DNA from: a virus
Taxonomy: Duplodnaviria > Caudoviricetes
Direction: 5' to 3' (one strand)
Virus record (IMG/VR): IMGVR_UViG_3300020137_000002
Span: 1-52,521 of that record
DNA length: 52,521 bases
The position numbers and the translations under genes are program-made. The notes beneath the pieces are model-generated. The model worked only from the letters and a program-made list of their open reading frames with translations, ran no database searches and had not been told where the DNA came from. Position 1 is the first letter of the stretch; every line of letters begins with the position of its first letter. This document shows, one piece after another, positions 9,708 to 18,960 of this stretch.

Positions 9708-10202
9708 CTAGTTTACCACGGGTTCGGGGTCTTCATCAGGTTCAGGCTCCGGGTCGGGGTCGGGTATAAGCGCCACAACCACCATAAGCCCAAAAGACAC
9801 AGGAGCGATATACGCCTGCGTGGACCCGTCTGCTTGCTTCAACGGGAAGATAATCCCACCTGCACGCTTACGGATATTGCCCGCCCAGTCGAACTTGGCC
9901 CCAAGGAACTTCTCGATAGCCCGGTTAGAGCCAAGCCTGGCGATTTCGGGGGTGGGGGCCACTATTCGCAAGTACAGCGGGAGGGTGTAGTCGTCACCAC
10001 GCGGTCCTGCAAATGACGTAGCGCCCCATGCTTGGAGGTCACCAAACGTCAGGGACACGTACGGGTTAATCTGTCCTAGTGTGTTTGACTCCACCTTCAG
10101 TTCGTCGTCCAGGGCTTGCTCGATAACGTCCTGGTCCGGGTATACGGTGTCCCGCATGAAATCCAAAACGTCCTCCTGAATGGAGGTAATACTAAAACTC
10201 AT
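9708..10202 (-). CDS. tail terminator protein
   Basis: Position before tube genes; PYVSLTFG motif; ATG overlaps the upstream stop. Confidence 0.65.
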   Translation of the reverse strand: MSFSITSIQEDVLDFMRDTVYPDQDVIEQALDDELKVESNTLGQINPYVSLTFGDLQAWGATSFAGPRGDDYTLPLYLRIVAPTPEIARLGSNRAIEKFLGAKFDWAGNIRKRAGGIIFPLKQADGSTQAYIAPVSFGLMVVVALIPDPDPEPEPDEDPEPVVN

Positions 10203-10671
10203 GAAGAGCCACCCCAATCCTATCCTCGGCGTACTTTACCATGATGTCTTGGGTATCGTGGAAGATGAACATTCCCGGAATGTGACGCCGGGCAAACACA
10301 TGATAGAACCCGGCCTCCTGGTAACCAAAGTAGTCCTCGTAACGCTCCAACCATCCGAACGATGCGAACGCGGTCGTCTTACTGGCCCCGGTGGCGTGAG
10401 TGATGGCCTTCTTCATGTCACCGGTCCACTCCCTACCAGGGGAGGCGGCATCCTTGGCAGAACCGTCTGACTTAGAGTAAAACGTACGCGACCACCGACC
10501 TACACCTCCATAGGCTGAGTTGGCTGTACCTCGCGTAGAAATCATGTCCTGTAGGACCTGCTGGCCCTTCTCGGCCACATCCCTCATGGCGCTCTCTACG
10601 CTCCGGTCCAACTTATCCATCTGCCCGATGAACCACTGGTCCAACTTAGGCCCGGACTCGCTAATCGGCAT
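10192..10671 (-). CDS. neck/tail completion protein (HK97 gp10-like)
   Basis: ATG 10671 with SD GGAGG; TGDMKKAI and YFGYQEAG motifs; position. Confidence 0.65.
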   Translation of the reverse strand: MPISESGPKLDQWFIGQMDKLDRSVESAMRDVAEKGQQVLQDMISTRGTANSAYGGVGRWSRTFYSKSDGSAKDAASPGREWTGDMKKAITHATGASKTTAFASFGWLERYEDYFGYQEAGFYHVFARRHIPGMFIFHDTQDIMVKYAEDRIGVALHEF

Positions 10672-11125
10672 CTGGCACCTCCTCCACCTCAGGGACAGCG
10701 ATATCCCCGTCCACGGAGAACTCGAACGTCCTACTTGCCGCGTTGGAACCTTGGAGGTCACTGGTGAGGGTGAACAGGACAGACTCTAAGGCCGGGTTGT
10801 CATTGCACGATGGAACCACCATTTTCACACCCCGCTGAATGTGACCCACCGCATCCTTTGGCAGTTGAACCTGAACAGCGGTAATCGTGCTGGCGTTGGA
10901 CACGTCCTCGCCCTCGTGGTTGACACCCCACCGGATGGGAGTCACTCGCGCCTTGTCCTCGTAAAGGTACTCCTGGTCGCCCTCGTACGTCCACTCCCCT
11001 GTAGACCACGAATACGATGCACTCAACGCACTAGGCGAAAAGAGGGCCACCTCTGCGTTCTGGAACAGTTCAGAAACCTCTGCGATTTCATCCGTCCAGT
11101 TAGAAAATGAGAGGGCCACAGCCAC
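10661..11125 (-). CDS. head-to-tail stopper
   Basis: 154 aa; YLYEDKARVTP and VQVQLP motifs; position after adaptor. Confidence 0.6.
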   Translation of the reverse strand: MAVALSFSNWTDEIAEVSELFQNAEVALFSPSALSASYSWSTGEWTYEGDQEYLYEDKARVTPIRWGVNHEGEDVSNASTITAVQVQLPKDAVGHIQRGVKMVVPSCNDNPALESVLFTLTSDLQGSNAASRTFEFSVDGDIAVPEVEEVPDAD

Positions 11126-11537
11126 ACCTACCTACTGGGTAAGGTGCCGCCTCCAGGTCACACAAGCACCCCATCCCTGCAATCTCGAAAATGTCACCCT
11201 CACCGGCGGAATCAGCAATAGCGTCCCATCCTGCCGCCGCTTCCAGAAGATTACTTGCCCGCTTAGTAAGGTCGGCTGAGAGGTCGTGGTCCTTAACGGA
11301 GATACTCTTCTTGGCCGCATCTCCCGCAAGACGCCGGTAATATGTGGCAATGGCGCGAGGGACTGAACCGCTAGACAGTGAAAGGAACGTCTTAATCTCA
11401 ACGTCACTCAGTTCAGCATAATTACCTGACCCTTCTACTTCAGGGTCGAAAGGGGTAAACTCTGTATCCCCATAGGCCAGCCTGAATTGTCCCACCGGGG
11501 TGTCAGGGTTAAGTGGCGCAACGCCTACGTTTGACAT
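11100..11537 (-). CDS. head-to-tail adaptor
   Basis: VGQFRLAYGDT...LSDVEIKTFL motif; SD AGGAGG; follows the major capsid gene. Confidence 0.75.
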   Translation of the reverse strand: MSNVGVAPLNPDTPVGQFRLAYGDTEFTPFDPEVEGSGNYAELSDVEIKTFLSLSSGSVPRAIATYYRRLAGDAAKKSISVKDHDLSADLTKRASNLLEAAAGWDAIADSAGEGDIFEIAGMGCLCDLEAAPYPVGRCGCGPLIF

Positions 11538-11569
11538 GGTAAAACCTCCTGTGCCTATTCTACCGTATA

Positions 11570-11654
11570 GGGAAAGACCCCCGGAGCGGAGAGGGACGCT
11601 TCAACGGGGGCCTTTCGTGCAGGGAACCGGAGAAGGGGAATCCTGAAACCTGCT
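11570..11654 (-). ncRNA. candidate ~85-nt small RNA with two C/U-rich loops
   Basis: Own GGTAGAAT promoter-like element (11661-11668) after the capsid terminator; two hairpins, the second terminator-like; no ORF. Confidence 0.55.
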
Positions 11655-11686
11655 ATTCCTATTCTACCGTATGTTTTAGGGGATGG

Positions 11687-11722
11687 GAAAACCCCCGCCA
11701 GCATTAGCCAGCGGGGGTTTCC
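11687..11722 (-). terminator. intrinsic terminator after major capsid
   Basis: AAACCCCCGC/GCGGGGGTTT stem with T-run. Confidence 0.8.
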
Positions 11723-11732
11723 ACGAGTGGGT

Positions 11733-12872
11733 TTAGTTGCCGTCACCCTCGGAGTGGAGGCCGTACACGCCGCTCCACACGATACCGCCACACACGTAGC
11801 GCACGCGGTAGTCAATGGTGTCGTTGTCCCAGGAACCCTGGTTGAACGGAACCACGGCAGAGGAACCGAGGTACACGCCGGTGTTGCCATTGGCGCGCAG
11901 TTCGGGGGCCTCGTAGCCACGCAGGCGACCGAGTTCGATGAACGGACGGTTGAACGAGCCGGGCTTCGCCAGGATGTACCAGTTGGTACCGGTGATGTAC
12001 GGGGACTCGATGACGGTAACGCCGTTGAGGGCGGAACGGTCACCGGGGCCGAACGTAATCGAACCATCCTGAATCGAGATGATGGCCTGGTTCAGTGACC
12101 AGTCGATAAAGTCCTTCACGCCGACCGGCACGAGGACGTTGTAGCCACGGGGCGAACGACCCACCTTGCGACCGTTAACCGTCTTGTTAGACAGTTCGAT
12201 AATCGCCTGCCAGATGGCATTGGGGCTGATGGGGGCGTTAGCGACAACCGCAGTACCGTCAGGAAGGGTACCGCCCGCAAGAGTCGTGGTCACACCGCTG
12301 ATAACAGCCTGGTAGACCTCGCGCTCCTCGGTGTCCAGGGCCAGGTTAACGAGGTCGGAGGGGAGGTTTCCGTAGAAGCCCTCCACGTCGTTAATCTGCG
12401 ACTCCCACGTGAAGCCGAACTTCGCACCCTTCTTGGTCACCTTCGCGTAGAACGCCTCCTTACCGGAGATGGTGACGTAGGGGTACGGGGCCGCCTCGGG
12501 AACGTCCGGGAGACCACCGGTGAGGCCCTGAGCGTCAGCGCCCTCGGCAACACCCGCGCCCGAAAGGTCATTCAGAAGCGAGTAGAGTCGGACGTTGTTA
12601 AACGTGGACACAGTGCGGACATCCGCGATCTGGCTCCACGTGCGCTCAATCTGGTCAAACTGCGGGATAGCCGTAGCGGAGACCAGGTGAGCCAGCGCGA
12701 ACGGCAGGTCAGAGGTCGTGTGGACCTCAGCAAGTTGACCTGCCGCAATGCGGTCACCGCGAAGGGCGGCACTCAGGAGACGGTCGGCCTCTGCCACCTT
12801 GGAGCGGGTAACGCTGGGGTGAGCAGGCTTGAGACGACCATCAAGAGTGAACTGGTCCTTGAAGTCAGTCAT
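11733..12872 (-). CDS. major capsid protein
   Basis: 379 aa, strongly biased codons; EVHTTSDLP, KKGAKFGFTWESQIND and DTIDYRVR motifs of Mu gpT-like/HK97-fold capsids. Confidence 0.9.
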   Translation of the reverse strand: MTDFKDQFTLDGRLKPAHPSVTRSKVAEADRLLSAALRGDRIAAGQLAEVHTTSDLPFALAHLVSATAIPQFDQIERTWSQIADVRTVSTFNNVRLYSLLNDLSGAGVAEGADAQGLTGGLPDVPEAAPYPYVTISGKEAFYAKVTKKGAKFGFTWESQINDVEGFYGNLPSDLVNLALDTEEREVYQAVISGVTTTLAGGTLPDGTAVVANAPISPNAIWQAIIELSNKTVNGRKVGRSPRGYNVLVPVGVKDFIDWSLNQAIISIQDGSITFGPGDRSALNGVTVIESPYITGTNWYILAKPGSFNRPFIELGRLRGYEAPELRANGNTGVYLGSSAVVPFNQGSWDNDTIDYRVRYVCGGIVWSGVYGLHSEGDGN

Positions 12873-12875
12873 GGT

Positions 12876-13319
12876 TTACGCACCAATCCGAACCGGGACA
12901 TAGCCACGGGTCTTGTCGTAGTCGGGCGGGAAGTCAACGTAGCCCCAGGCCACGACGCCGGTGGTAACCGCAGTCGTGGTCAACTTGCCACTCGCTGACC
13001 GGAAGTTGATAGCCGTACCTTGGGCCACCGACGTGGGGTCAGGTGCGGTGTCATCGAAGTCGGACGCCAGGAACTCCCAGGTGCCATCGAAGGCCAGGGT
13101 GACCTGCTTGCCGGTGAGGCCAGCACCACCTGCCGGGATGCCCGAGAGGGTACCCACGCCGGAGATGGTCTCCGAAACGGTGTAGTCGCCCGAGCCGGTA
13201 ACGGTAACCGCCGGAAGGCCCGCCTTGGAGGTAACGGGAACGCCGGGGCCGTAAGTGGCGGCCAGCGTCTCGACTCGGTTCTGCGAGTCAGTGTTGCGGT
13301 AAACGAGGTTGGTAGCCAT
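12876..13319 (-). CDS. capsid decoration/cement protein (DUF2190-like)
   Basis: 147 aa between scaffold and capsid; VTLAFDGTWEF and VPVRIG motifs. Confidence 0.7.
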   Translation of the reverse strand: MATNLVYRNTDSQNRVETLAATYGPGVPVTSKAGLPAVTVTGSGDYTVSETISGVGTLSGIPAGGAGLTGKQVTLAFDGTWEFLASDFDDTAPDPTSVAQGTAINFRSASGKLTTTAVTTGVVAWGYVDFPPDYDKTRGYVPVRIGA

Positions 13320-14260
13320 TAGTTCCACGCTCCATACTTGGTTTCCTTGGTAGCGCCCTTGATAACTCCGGTATCGGCGGACTCCACCAGGTGGGCGTCC
13401 TCGCGCAACTCGTCAGCAAGAGTCTTGGCCTGCTCAATGAGCGCGGTCATGTCCGCCGCGTTCTTCGCCTCGGCAAGCAGGTGCTTCACCTGCGACGGAA
13501 GAAGAGACTCACGAACCGACTCGATGGCCGCAAGGTTCGCTTCGTACGTGGCGATGCGCTCCTCAACAACCTTCTCGTCAGCCTCAACCTGAGCGGCTTC
13601 CTCGGCCTTGGTCTTTGCGGCAGTCACAAGAGTCTCAACGGACGAAGCGAGAGCAGTAACCTGAGCGGTCAGGGCCTCAATCTTCTCATCCATCTTGTGT
13701 TCCTTTCCATCCGGTGCCGAGGCTTCGACTCCGGTCTTATCACTCTCAGCACGGCGCTGAGCGTAAATCTGTTGCATCTGGGACTCCTCGAAACGGCCTC
13801 CACGCCCCGCCGCGATAACAACGTCAACGCTACGGAATGCGTCTTCCCCGTTCAGGAAATCCACCACATATTCGCCATCCTCGTTGATGTGACCATCGCC
13901 CTCAATGTAAATGGACAGTCCCAGATTATCCTTGTAGCGGGCGAGTCGCTCCCGGTGCTCCGGGTCGGGGTCCCAGTTGGCGTAGATACCAACCTTCCCC
14001 CGCTCGTCCTTGTCAATCCACGTTTCACCTTGGACGCGACCCACAATCTGCGTGAAATTACGCGACTCTGGGCCGTCCATCCAACCGGGGTGGTTTTCGA
14101 AAGACAAAACGTTATTGAACGCCGAGTGGTACTTTTCCAGCATCTCCGGGGGGTAAATGCCGGAGGAGCCCTTACCCTCTGAGATAAGGCGCACCTTCCA
14201 CGTGCCGGACTGAGGGGACTCAACCAGCGTGGCGGATTCCAATAGGTTCTTGGTCGTCAT
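13319..14260 (-). CDS. capsid maturation protease/scaffold protein, probably leaderless
   Basis: RLISEGKGSSGIY, ENHP, GLSIY, SVDVVIAAGRGG, then an acidic coiled coil; ATG 7 nt after TGGTAAACT. Confidence 0.8.
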   Translation of the reverse strand: MTTKNLLESATLVESPQSGTWKVRLISEGKGSSGIYPPEMLEKYHSAFNNVLSFENHPGWMDGPESRNFTQIVGRVQGETWIDKDERGKVGIYANWDPDPEHRERLARYKDNLGLSIYIEGDGHINEDGEYVVDFLNGEDAFRSVDVVIAAGRGGRFEESQMQQIYAQRRAESDKTGVEASAPDGKEHKMDEKIEALTAQVTALASSVETLVTAAKTKAEEAAQVEADEKVVEERIATYEANLAAIESVRESLLPSQVKHLLAEAKNAADMTALIEQAKTLADELREDAHLVESADTGVIKGATKETKYGAWN

Positions 14261-14286
14261 AATGGATAGTTTACCACACTCCACGA

Positions 14287-14322
14287 CTAAACCCCCTCGG
14301 GCGTTAACCGGAGGGGGCTTAG
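14287..14322 (-). terminator. terminator after the lysis cassette
   Basis: CTAAACCCCCTC/GAGGGGGCTTAG inverted repeat. Confidence 0.65.
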
Positions 14323-14397
14323 CGAGATTCAGAACCTCCTATCGCTTATGTGGGATTGGGTTCTGCTCCTTTCTTGTCGGGTTAGGGCAAGTTTGTA

Positions 14398-14742
14398 CTA
14401 GTCCGTGGTCTCAATCTCATCTTCCACTGGGTCACCCTCTTCAGGTTCCACAACCTCCGGGGTGAGCGTGCCTACGGCCACATCAATGGCCTTCGATGCC
14501 TCCGCATCATTCCGAGTCGGGTACACGGGGGCGTTGGGCGAGCCGATTAGCCAGCCAATCTTCGGCCACTTCTTCTCTAGCGCCTTGACGATGACGTAGT
14601 AGGCGGTGCCTACGATGAACGAGACGGCCGCTATCAGCATGGTTTTGAACTCGTCGCTCACCTCAATCTTTAGTGATGCGAGGAGTGCGACGATGAGGCC
14701 AACGAGGTAGCCGGTGACGGTACGGACAACTGCGGTCTGCAT
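14398..14742 (-). CDS. holin
   Basis: Two hydrophobic segments, KALEKKWPKIGWLIG motif, SD AAGGA, directly after the endolysin. Confidence 0.8.
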   Translation of the reverse strand: MQTAVVRTVTGYLVGLIVALLASLKIEVSDEFKTMLIAAVSFIVGTAYYVIVKALEKKWPKIGWLIGSPNAPVYPTRNDAEASKAIDVAVGTLTPEVVEPEEGDPVEDEIETTD

Positions 14743-14752
14743 GGGGTATTCC

Positions 14753-15700
14753 TTACTTCTCAGTCCATTGGTTGGCACTCGTGCGGGCGGCGGTTACCTT
14801 CACCCCGGAGGTGAACACCTTGGCTTCCAGGCGGAGGCGGCGAGACCTACCAGCAGTCGGCGTGGTCAGACCCGAGCCGGTCCACGAGCCACCTAGGAAC
14901 GTAGACCCGGCAGTGCCGATGCCCTCGATAGCGGGGTATGCCTTCTTGCGCACGCCACTCGTGCCGTCCGTCTTGCAGTCCACCTCGAACACGCGCCACT
15001 GGATTTGCGCGCCCACGGGCAGGCCGGTCACGGTCAGGTTGGCGTCCACACTCCACACGTCGCAATCCTTCGCAAACGAGGTAGCGTCCGTATTGGAAAT
15101 CTTAATCGTCACCCACGCATCCTTCTTCAGCGCGGTGGGCTTCGTGCGGGCAAACGTCGAGTTCTTCAACACGGGTTCCTCCAAAGTGGTAGTGGACGAT
15201 TCGCCACCGCCATCGTACTTGTGCTTGTCTAATTTTTCATTGTATACCCAGTGCCACGGCTCGTTGACGGCTCGCCCCTCGGTGTTGCTCCACCCGTGTT
15301 CTGCCGCGACCTTGGCGAACGCCTTCCAGGTGCTTGACGTGTAGCCCCCCAGGTTCTGGAAGTCTACCGCCACGCCGTAACCGTGATTTGAGGTACCGGG
15401 GATGGCGGCGGTAACCCTGCCGGGCTTCCGATACCACGTCTTACCGTTCCAATACTTAATTCCGCCATTGGCTACAGTATTGCCGGAAGCGCCCTGCGAT
15501 TTTACCGTGGTGTAGTTATATTCGAGCGTATCAATTTGCTCGTCGTAACTACGGTATGCCTCGTTGGAATGTTCCGTGCCAGTGGTGCCTGTTGCCTTCT
15601 TAAGGCGTTCGTACGACTTAGCGCTCGCAGACGTAAGCCGCCCAGGCGTAGACAGGTACGCGAGGTTGGAGGCGGGGATACGTCCGTTGATTACTGACAT
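14753..15700 (-). CDS. endolysin, M15-family zinc peptidase
   Basis: AYRSYDEQ, AAIPGTSNHGYGVAVD (SxHxxGxAxD), EPWHW; C-terminal domain not recognised. Confidence 0.9.
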   Translation of the reverse strand: MSVINGRIPASNLAYLSTPGRLTSASAKSYERLKKATGTTGTEHSNEAYRSYDEQIDTLEYNYTTVKSQGASGNTVANGGIKYWNGKTWYRKPGRVTAAIPGTSNHGYGVAVDFQNLGGYTSSTWKAFAKVAAEHGWSNTEGRAVNEPWHWVYNEKLDKHKYDGGGESSTTTLEEPVLKNSTFARTKPTALKKDAWVTIKISNTDATSFAKDCDVWSVDANLTVTGLPVGAQIQWRVFEVDCKTDGTSGVRKKAYPAIEGIGTAGSTFLGGSWTGSGLTTPTAGRSRRLRLEAKVFTSGVKVTAARTSANQWTEK

Positions 15701-15804
15701 GAGTCACACTGGGTCAGGTCGGCGGGGTCTGTGGGGCAGGCGTTGGTGTCCGGGTCATCCAGTACGATATGTCCGTTTTCATCGAACGTGATTCGGGCGG
15801 TCAT
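15691..15804 (-). CDS. 37-aa acidic peptide ending CPTDPADLTQCDSCQ
   Basis: Hand-translated MTARITFDENGHIVLDDPDTNACPTDPADLTQCDSCQ; SD GAAGGAG; GGTAGAAT element at 15828-15835. Confidence 0.75.
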   Translation of the reverse strand: MTARITFDENGHIVLDDPDTNACPTDPADLTQCDSCQ

Positions 15805-15835
15805 TTCTCTCCTTCGGGTAGATACCTATTCTACC

Positions 15836-17362
15836 CTAAGATGCCACGAGGTCATCCCGCATGTCGTTACCCAGCGTACTGCCTGCACCCCCGTCATTAC
15901 CCGTTCCGTCCGGGGAGGGTGCTGTGGGGTCTGAGGCGGCAGGGCCGTCCTTGGGGTCAATGTCTGACCTCTCCCATGAATCCTCGTTGTTGGGTAGGAG
16001 GACACCTTCAGGGGCCTCGTTCTGCTTCGGGGTAATGCCTGCCACGTACAGGAACTCGGGGCGGGCCTCTTCTGCATGAACAAGGCCGGAGTTCCAGGAC
16101 ATGTTAACCATCTGTGCCCGGCGGTACGGGTCCACTTCCTCAATACTGGCCGGGGTGATTTGGATACGCTCTCCCGTACCCCACACGATAACCCGCTCCA
16201 TCCACGCCGCAATCTGCGACCGGCGAGCCTCGATACCACGTCGCACAGACGGCTGAAGGGACTGCGCAGAACCATACGAGGAACCGGATGCCGCCGGGGA
16301 GGCCAGCAGGTCCACCACTGACACTCCTGCCGCCGCCGCATACATACCTGCAATGTCCCGCAGGCCCGCAAAGTCATAGGCACTACGGGATGACGTGAGC
16401 ACGCCCATCTCGTTGCCTTCACCAAGAACCGCAGTAGCCCCAGCACGGCCCGGCTTGTTGACCTTCACGCTCATCTTGTCAGCACCGGCCTGGCTCTTCG
16501 CCTTGATGGTCAGGGCAAACCGTGCCAACGCCGCAGACACTTCCTCACCGTGACTCATCATGGTGATGTACTTCCGGTTCCACACGTGCCCAGCAAGGAG
16601 GTCAGGGGAACCGAACGTCCACCCCACCTGCTGGTTCACCACAAAGTCAAGCATCGTCTTAGATGTGTCCACGGGGGCCGTCTCCGAACCTCCCGGAGTC
16701 GGAAGGGATGTGGCGCGGGTGCCGGTGAATCGGTCGGTGTAGTACCACGCCTTCTTGGTAACGAACTGGCCCTTGCCGTCGGGTGCCTCCCACTCCCGCA
16801 GGTACGCCCAAACCTCACCGGGGAAATCCGGGTTGCACCACACCGCCGTGATATCGAACAGCGGGACTGGCCGCAGGGTCCGCGTCGTGTCATCACCCAG
16901 CGCCAAATACACCGAGTCCGTGGAGCACGCCGTAGAGATGAGTTCCTGGGCCTCCTTGCCGAAGATGTACCGCTGGTTCGTCTCGTTGTTGTAGAACTCG
17001 TTAAGACGCGGCAGTTTCGGCTTCTTGCCCCGTACCGGCTCCACGGTACCCGTCATCGTCCCCGGAATGATGAACGGCTGGGAGAACGTGTACGAATACC
17101 GCAAGGCGTTAGCCTGCTTGGGAAGAGGAGAGCCTGTCACGGCCTCCCGCAACTTCTGGGACCATTCCTTCAGGTTGTCAAGCGTCAGCCCCTCATTGTC
17201 CTCAAGCCCACCGTTAAGTCGAAGCCACCCCAGGTCCTCCGCCCGGAGTGCCGCCATTTGCGCGTCAACGTTCTTCAACTCCTCCGAGAGGCGGGAGAGT
17301 TCCTCACGGTACTCCGCGCCAAAAGACTCTTTGAGTTGGGAAATAAGTTCTTCGGTGTCCAT
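15836..17362 (-). CDS. portal protein
   Basis: ~508 aa directly after the large terminase; EDLGW and GWTFGSPDL motifs. Confidence 0.85.
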   Translation of the reverse strand: MDTEELISQLKESFGAEYREELSRLSEELKNVDAQMAALRAEDLGWLRLNGGLEDNEGLTLDNLKEWSQKLREAVTGSPLPKQANALRYSYTFSQPFIIPGTMTGTVEPVRGKKPKLPRLNEFYNNETNQRYIFGKEAQELISTACSTDSVYLALGDDTTRTLRPVPLFDITAVWCNPDFPGEVWAYLREWEAPDGKGQFVTKKAWYYTDRFTGTRATSLPTPGGSETAPVDTSKTMLDFVVNQQVGWTFGSPDLLAGHVWNRKYITMMSHGEEVSAALARFALTIKAKSQAGADKMSVKVNKPGRAGATAVLGEGNEMGVLTSSRSAYDFAGLRDIAGMYAAAAGVSVVDLLASPAASGSSYGSAQSLQPSVRRGIEARRSQIAAWMERVIVWGTGERIQITPASIEEVDPYRRAQMVNMSWNSGLVHAEEARPEFLYVAGITPKQNEAPEGVLLPNNEDSWERSDIDPKDGPAASDPTAPSPDGTGNDGGAGSTLGNDMRDDLVAS

Positions 17363-17379
17363 AAGCACTTATTTTACCA

Positions 17380-18960
17380 CTAGAAGTAGATGGAATCCTC
17401 GTAGAAAGGGTCACCTGCCACCCACGGGGCAATGGCATCCGGCTCGATAGGCACCTTAGCGCCCGGTCGGTACCCGTCTGCGTGCTCCACCCACGGGCTG
17501 AGGTCCACCGCCGCCAGGATAACCGCGTCCATCCGGTCGGGCGACCCACCCAACTCTGTCTTCAACTTCGCCTTGGGGGTAATCTGGACGCCACCGCGCT
17601 CCTTGAACCGATAGGTGATGATTTGAAGTTCATCTTGAAGTTCCTCATCCTCCAAGTCCAAGTCGATAAGCCCCTCCATCATCTGAGTACGCAACGAGTC
17701 GTGGGCATATGCCCTCCGGTTGGCCCATCGTGACAAGTCAGGGGAGGCCATGCCGTTATCCCACCCCACTATGTCGTAATCTGCGTCGGCAAACTCCTCC
17801 TGCCGGGTCAGCATGTCATACACACCTGCGCCCACACCGCCAGAGTCAAGTCGGACCTCTACTGCGCCACACGACTTAGCGTACTGGTGAATGCGTCGTG
17901 CAGAATCAACCGTATCTGACTTGCCCCACGTGTCCACCACCCGAATGCGACCCCCACGGTTTTCCGCAATAACGGATTCATCAACACCCATGCGTGCAAT
18001 ATCCACGCCCAGAATAACGGGGGTATCGTCTGTGGGTTTAATGTCGGTGTCGATGGCCTTGTTAATGGCTGATTGCGGGAAAAACCCAAACCCGCCGTCC
18101 TTGGGAAACTCGCCAAGCACCTTAGACAGGTACCGCGCATCATTTTCACCCCACACCCGCTTTTTATGCTCCACCCACGACACTTGGGTAAGGGACTCCA
18201 TAATGCGCTTTTGCATTTCCGGGTCGTCCGGGTAGACAACCTCACCGGTAAATGTCGGCAAGTCAAAACTAGACAACGTGAAGCGGTTAAACTCGTTTTC
18301 GTACTTCTTATCTGTGAAGATGCGGTACCACTCAGCCCCAGGGTCATCCGGGTTGCCAATGGCGTTGAGTCGAGCATCCGAACCCGTGAGTACGGCCTCC
18401 GCCGCCGTCCACATGCCCCGTGATAGCCCGCCTGCCTCGTCAAAGAACACAAACGTCTTACCGAACTCCGAGCGGACACCCTGAAAGGTGGCAACCTCTT
18501 GACCTGCGGCAGGCTTACGCCCGTACACCAACGGGATTTTACCTTCCGGCCCCTGCACGCTATATTCCAGCGTCTCCGAAATATGACCCGGCAAGTCAAA
18601 GCCCCGCTCTTTAGCGCGAGCCTTAAACGACTTCATATACCGGAAGGTAACCTTTTCCACCTGGGGCAATGAGGGGGCTGACACAATACCAATGGCCTCC
18701 CCCACGTCAAATACGGAACCCACCCACAAACACATCGCGGCTACCAAATACGACTTTGCCGTACCGTTACTCGACTTAATGGCAGTGCGGGGAATCTCAC
18801 CAAACAATGCAGTATTGGCAATCTCTTGCATCTTCTTGTACGTGCGAATCCCAAGAACGTCTGCCTGCCACGCCAGGAAGTCATGTTGGTACAAGTGCTG
18901 TAGCCGCTTGTTGCTAATCTCCGTCAAAGCGTTAGCGGTGACAGTGATGAGGTCAGACAC
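17380..18960 (-). CDS. terL: terminase large subunit
   Basis: Walker A-like SSNGTAKS, Walker B FFDEA, IGNP, nuclease ILGVDIARMGVDES, SPDRMDA. Confidence 0.95.
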   Translation of the reverse strand: MSDLITVTANALTEISNKRLQHLYQHDFLAWQADVLGIRTYKKMQEIANTALFGEIPRTAIKSSNGTAKSYLVAAMCLWVGSVFDVGEAIGIVSAPSLPQVEKVTFRYMKSFKARAKERGFDLPGHISETLEYSVQGPEGKIPLVYGRKPAAGQEVATFQGVRSEFGKTFVFFDEAGGLSRGMWTAAEAVLTGSDARLNAIGNPDDPGAEWYRIFTDKKYENEFNRFTLSSFDLPTFTGEVVYPDDPEMQKRIMESLTQVSWVEHKKRVWGENDARYLSKVLGEFPKDGGFGFFPQSAINKAIDTDIKPTDDTPVILGVDIARMGVDESVIAENRGGRIRVVDTWGKSDTVDSARRIHQYAKSCGAVEVRLDSGGVGAGVYDMLTRQEEFADADYDIVGWDNGMASPDLSRWANRRAYAHDSLRTQMMEGLIDLDLEDEELQDELQIITYRFKERGGVQITPKAKLKTELGGSPDRMDAVILAAVDLSPWVEHADGYRPGAKVPIEPDAIAPWVAGDPFYEDSIYF

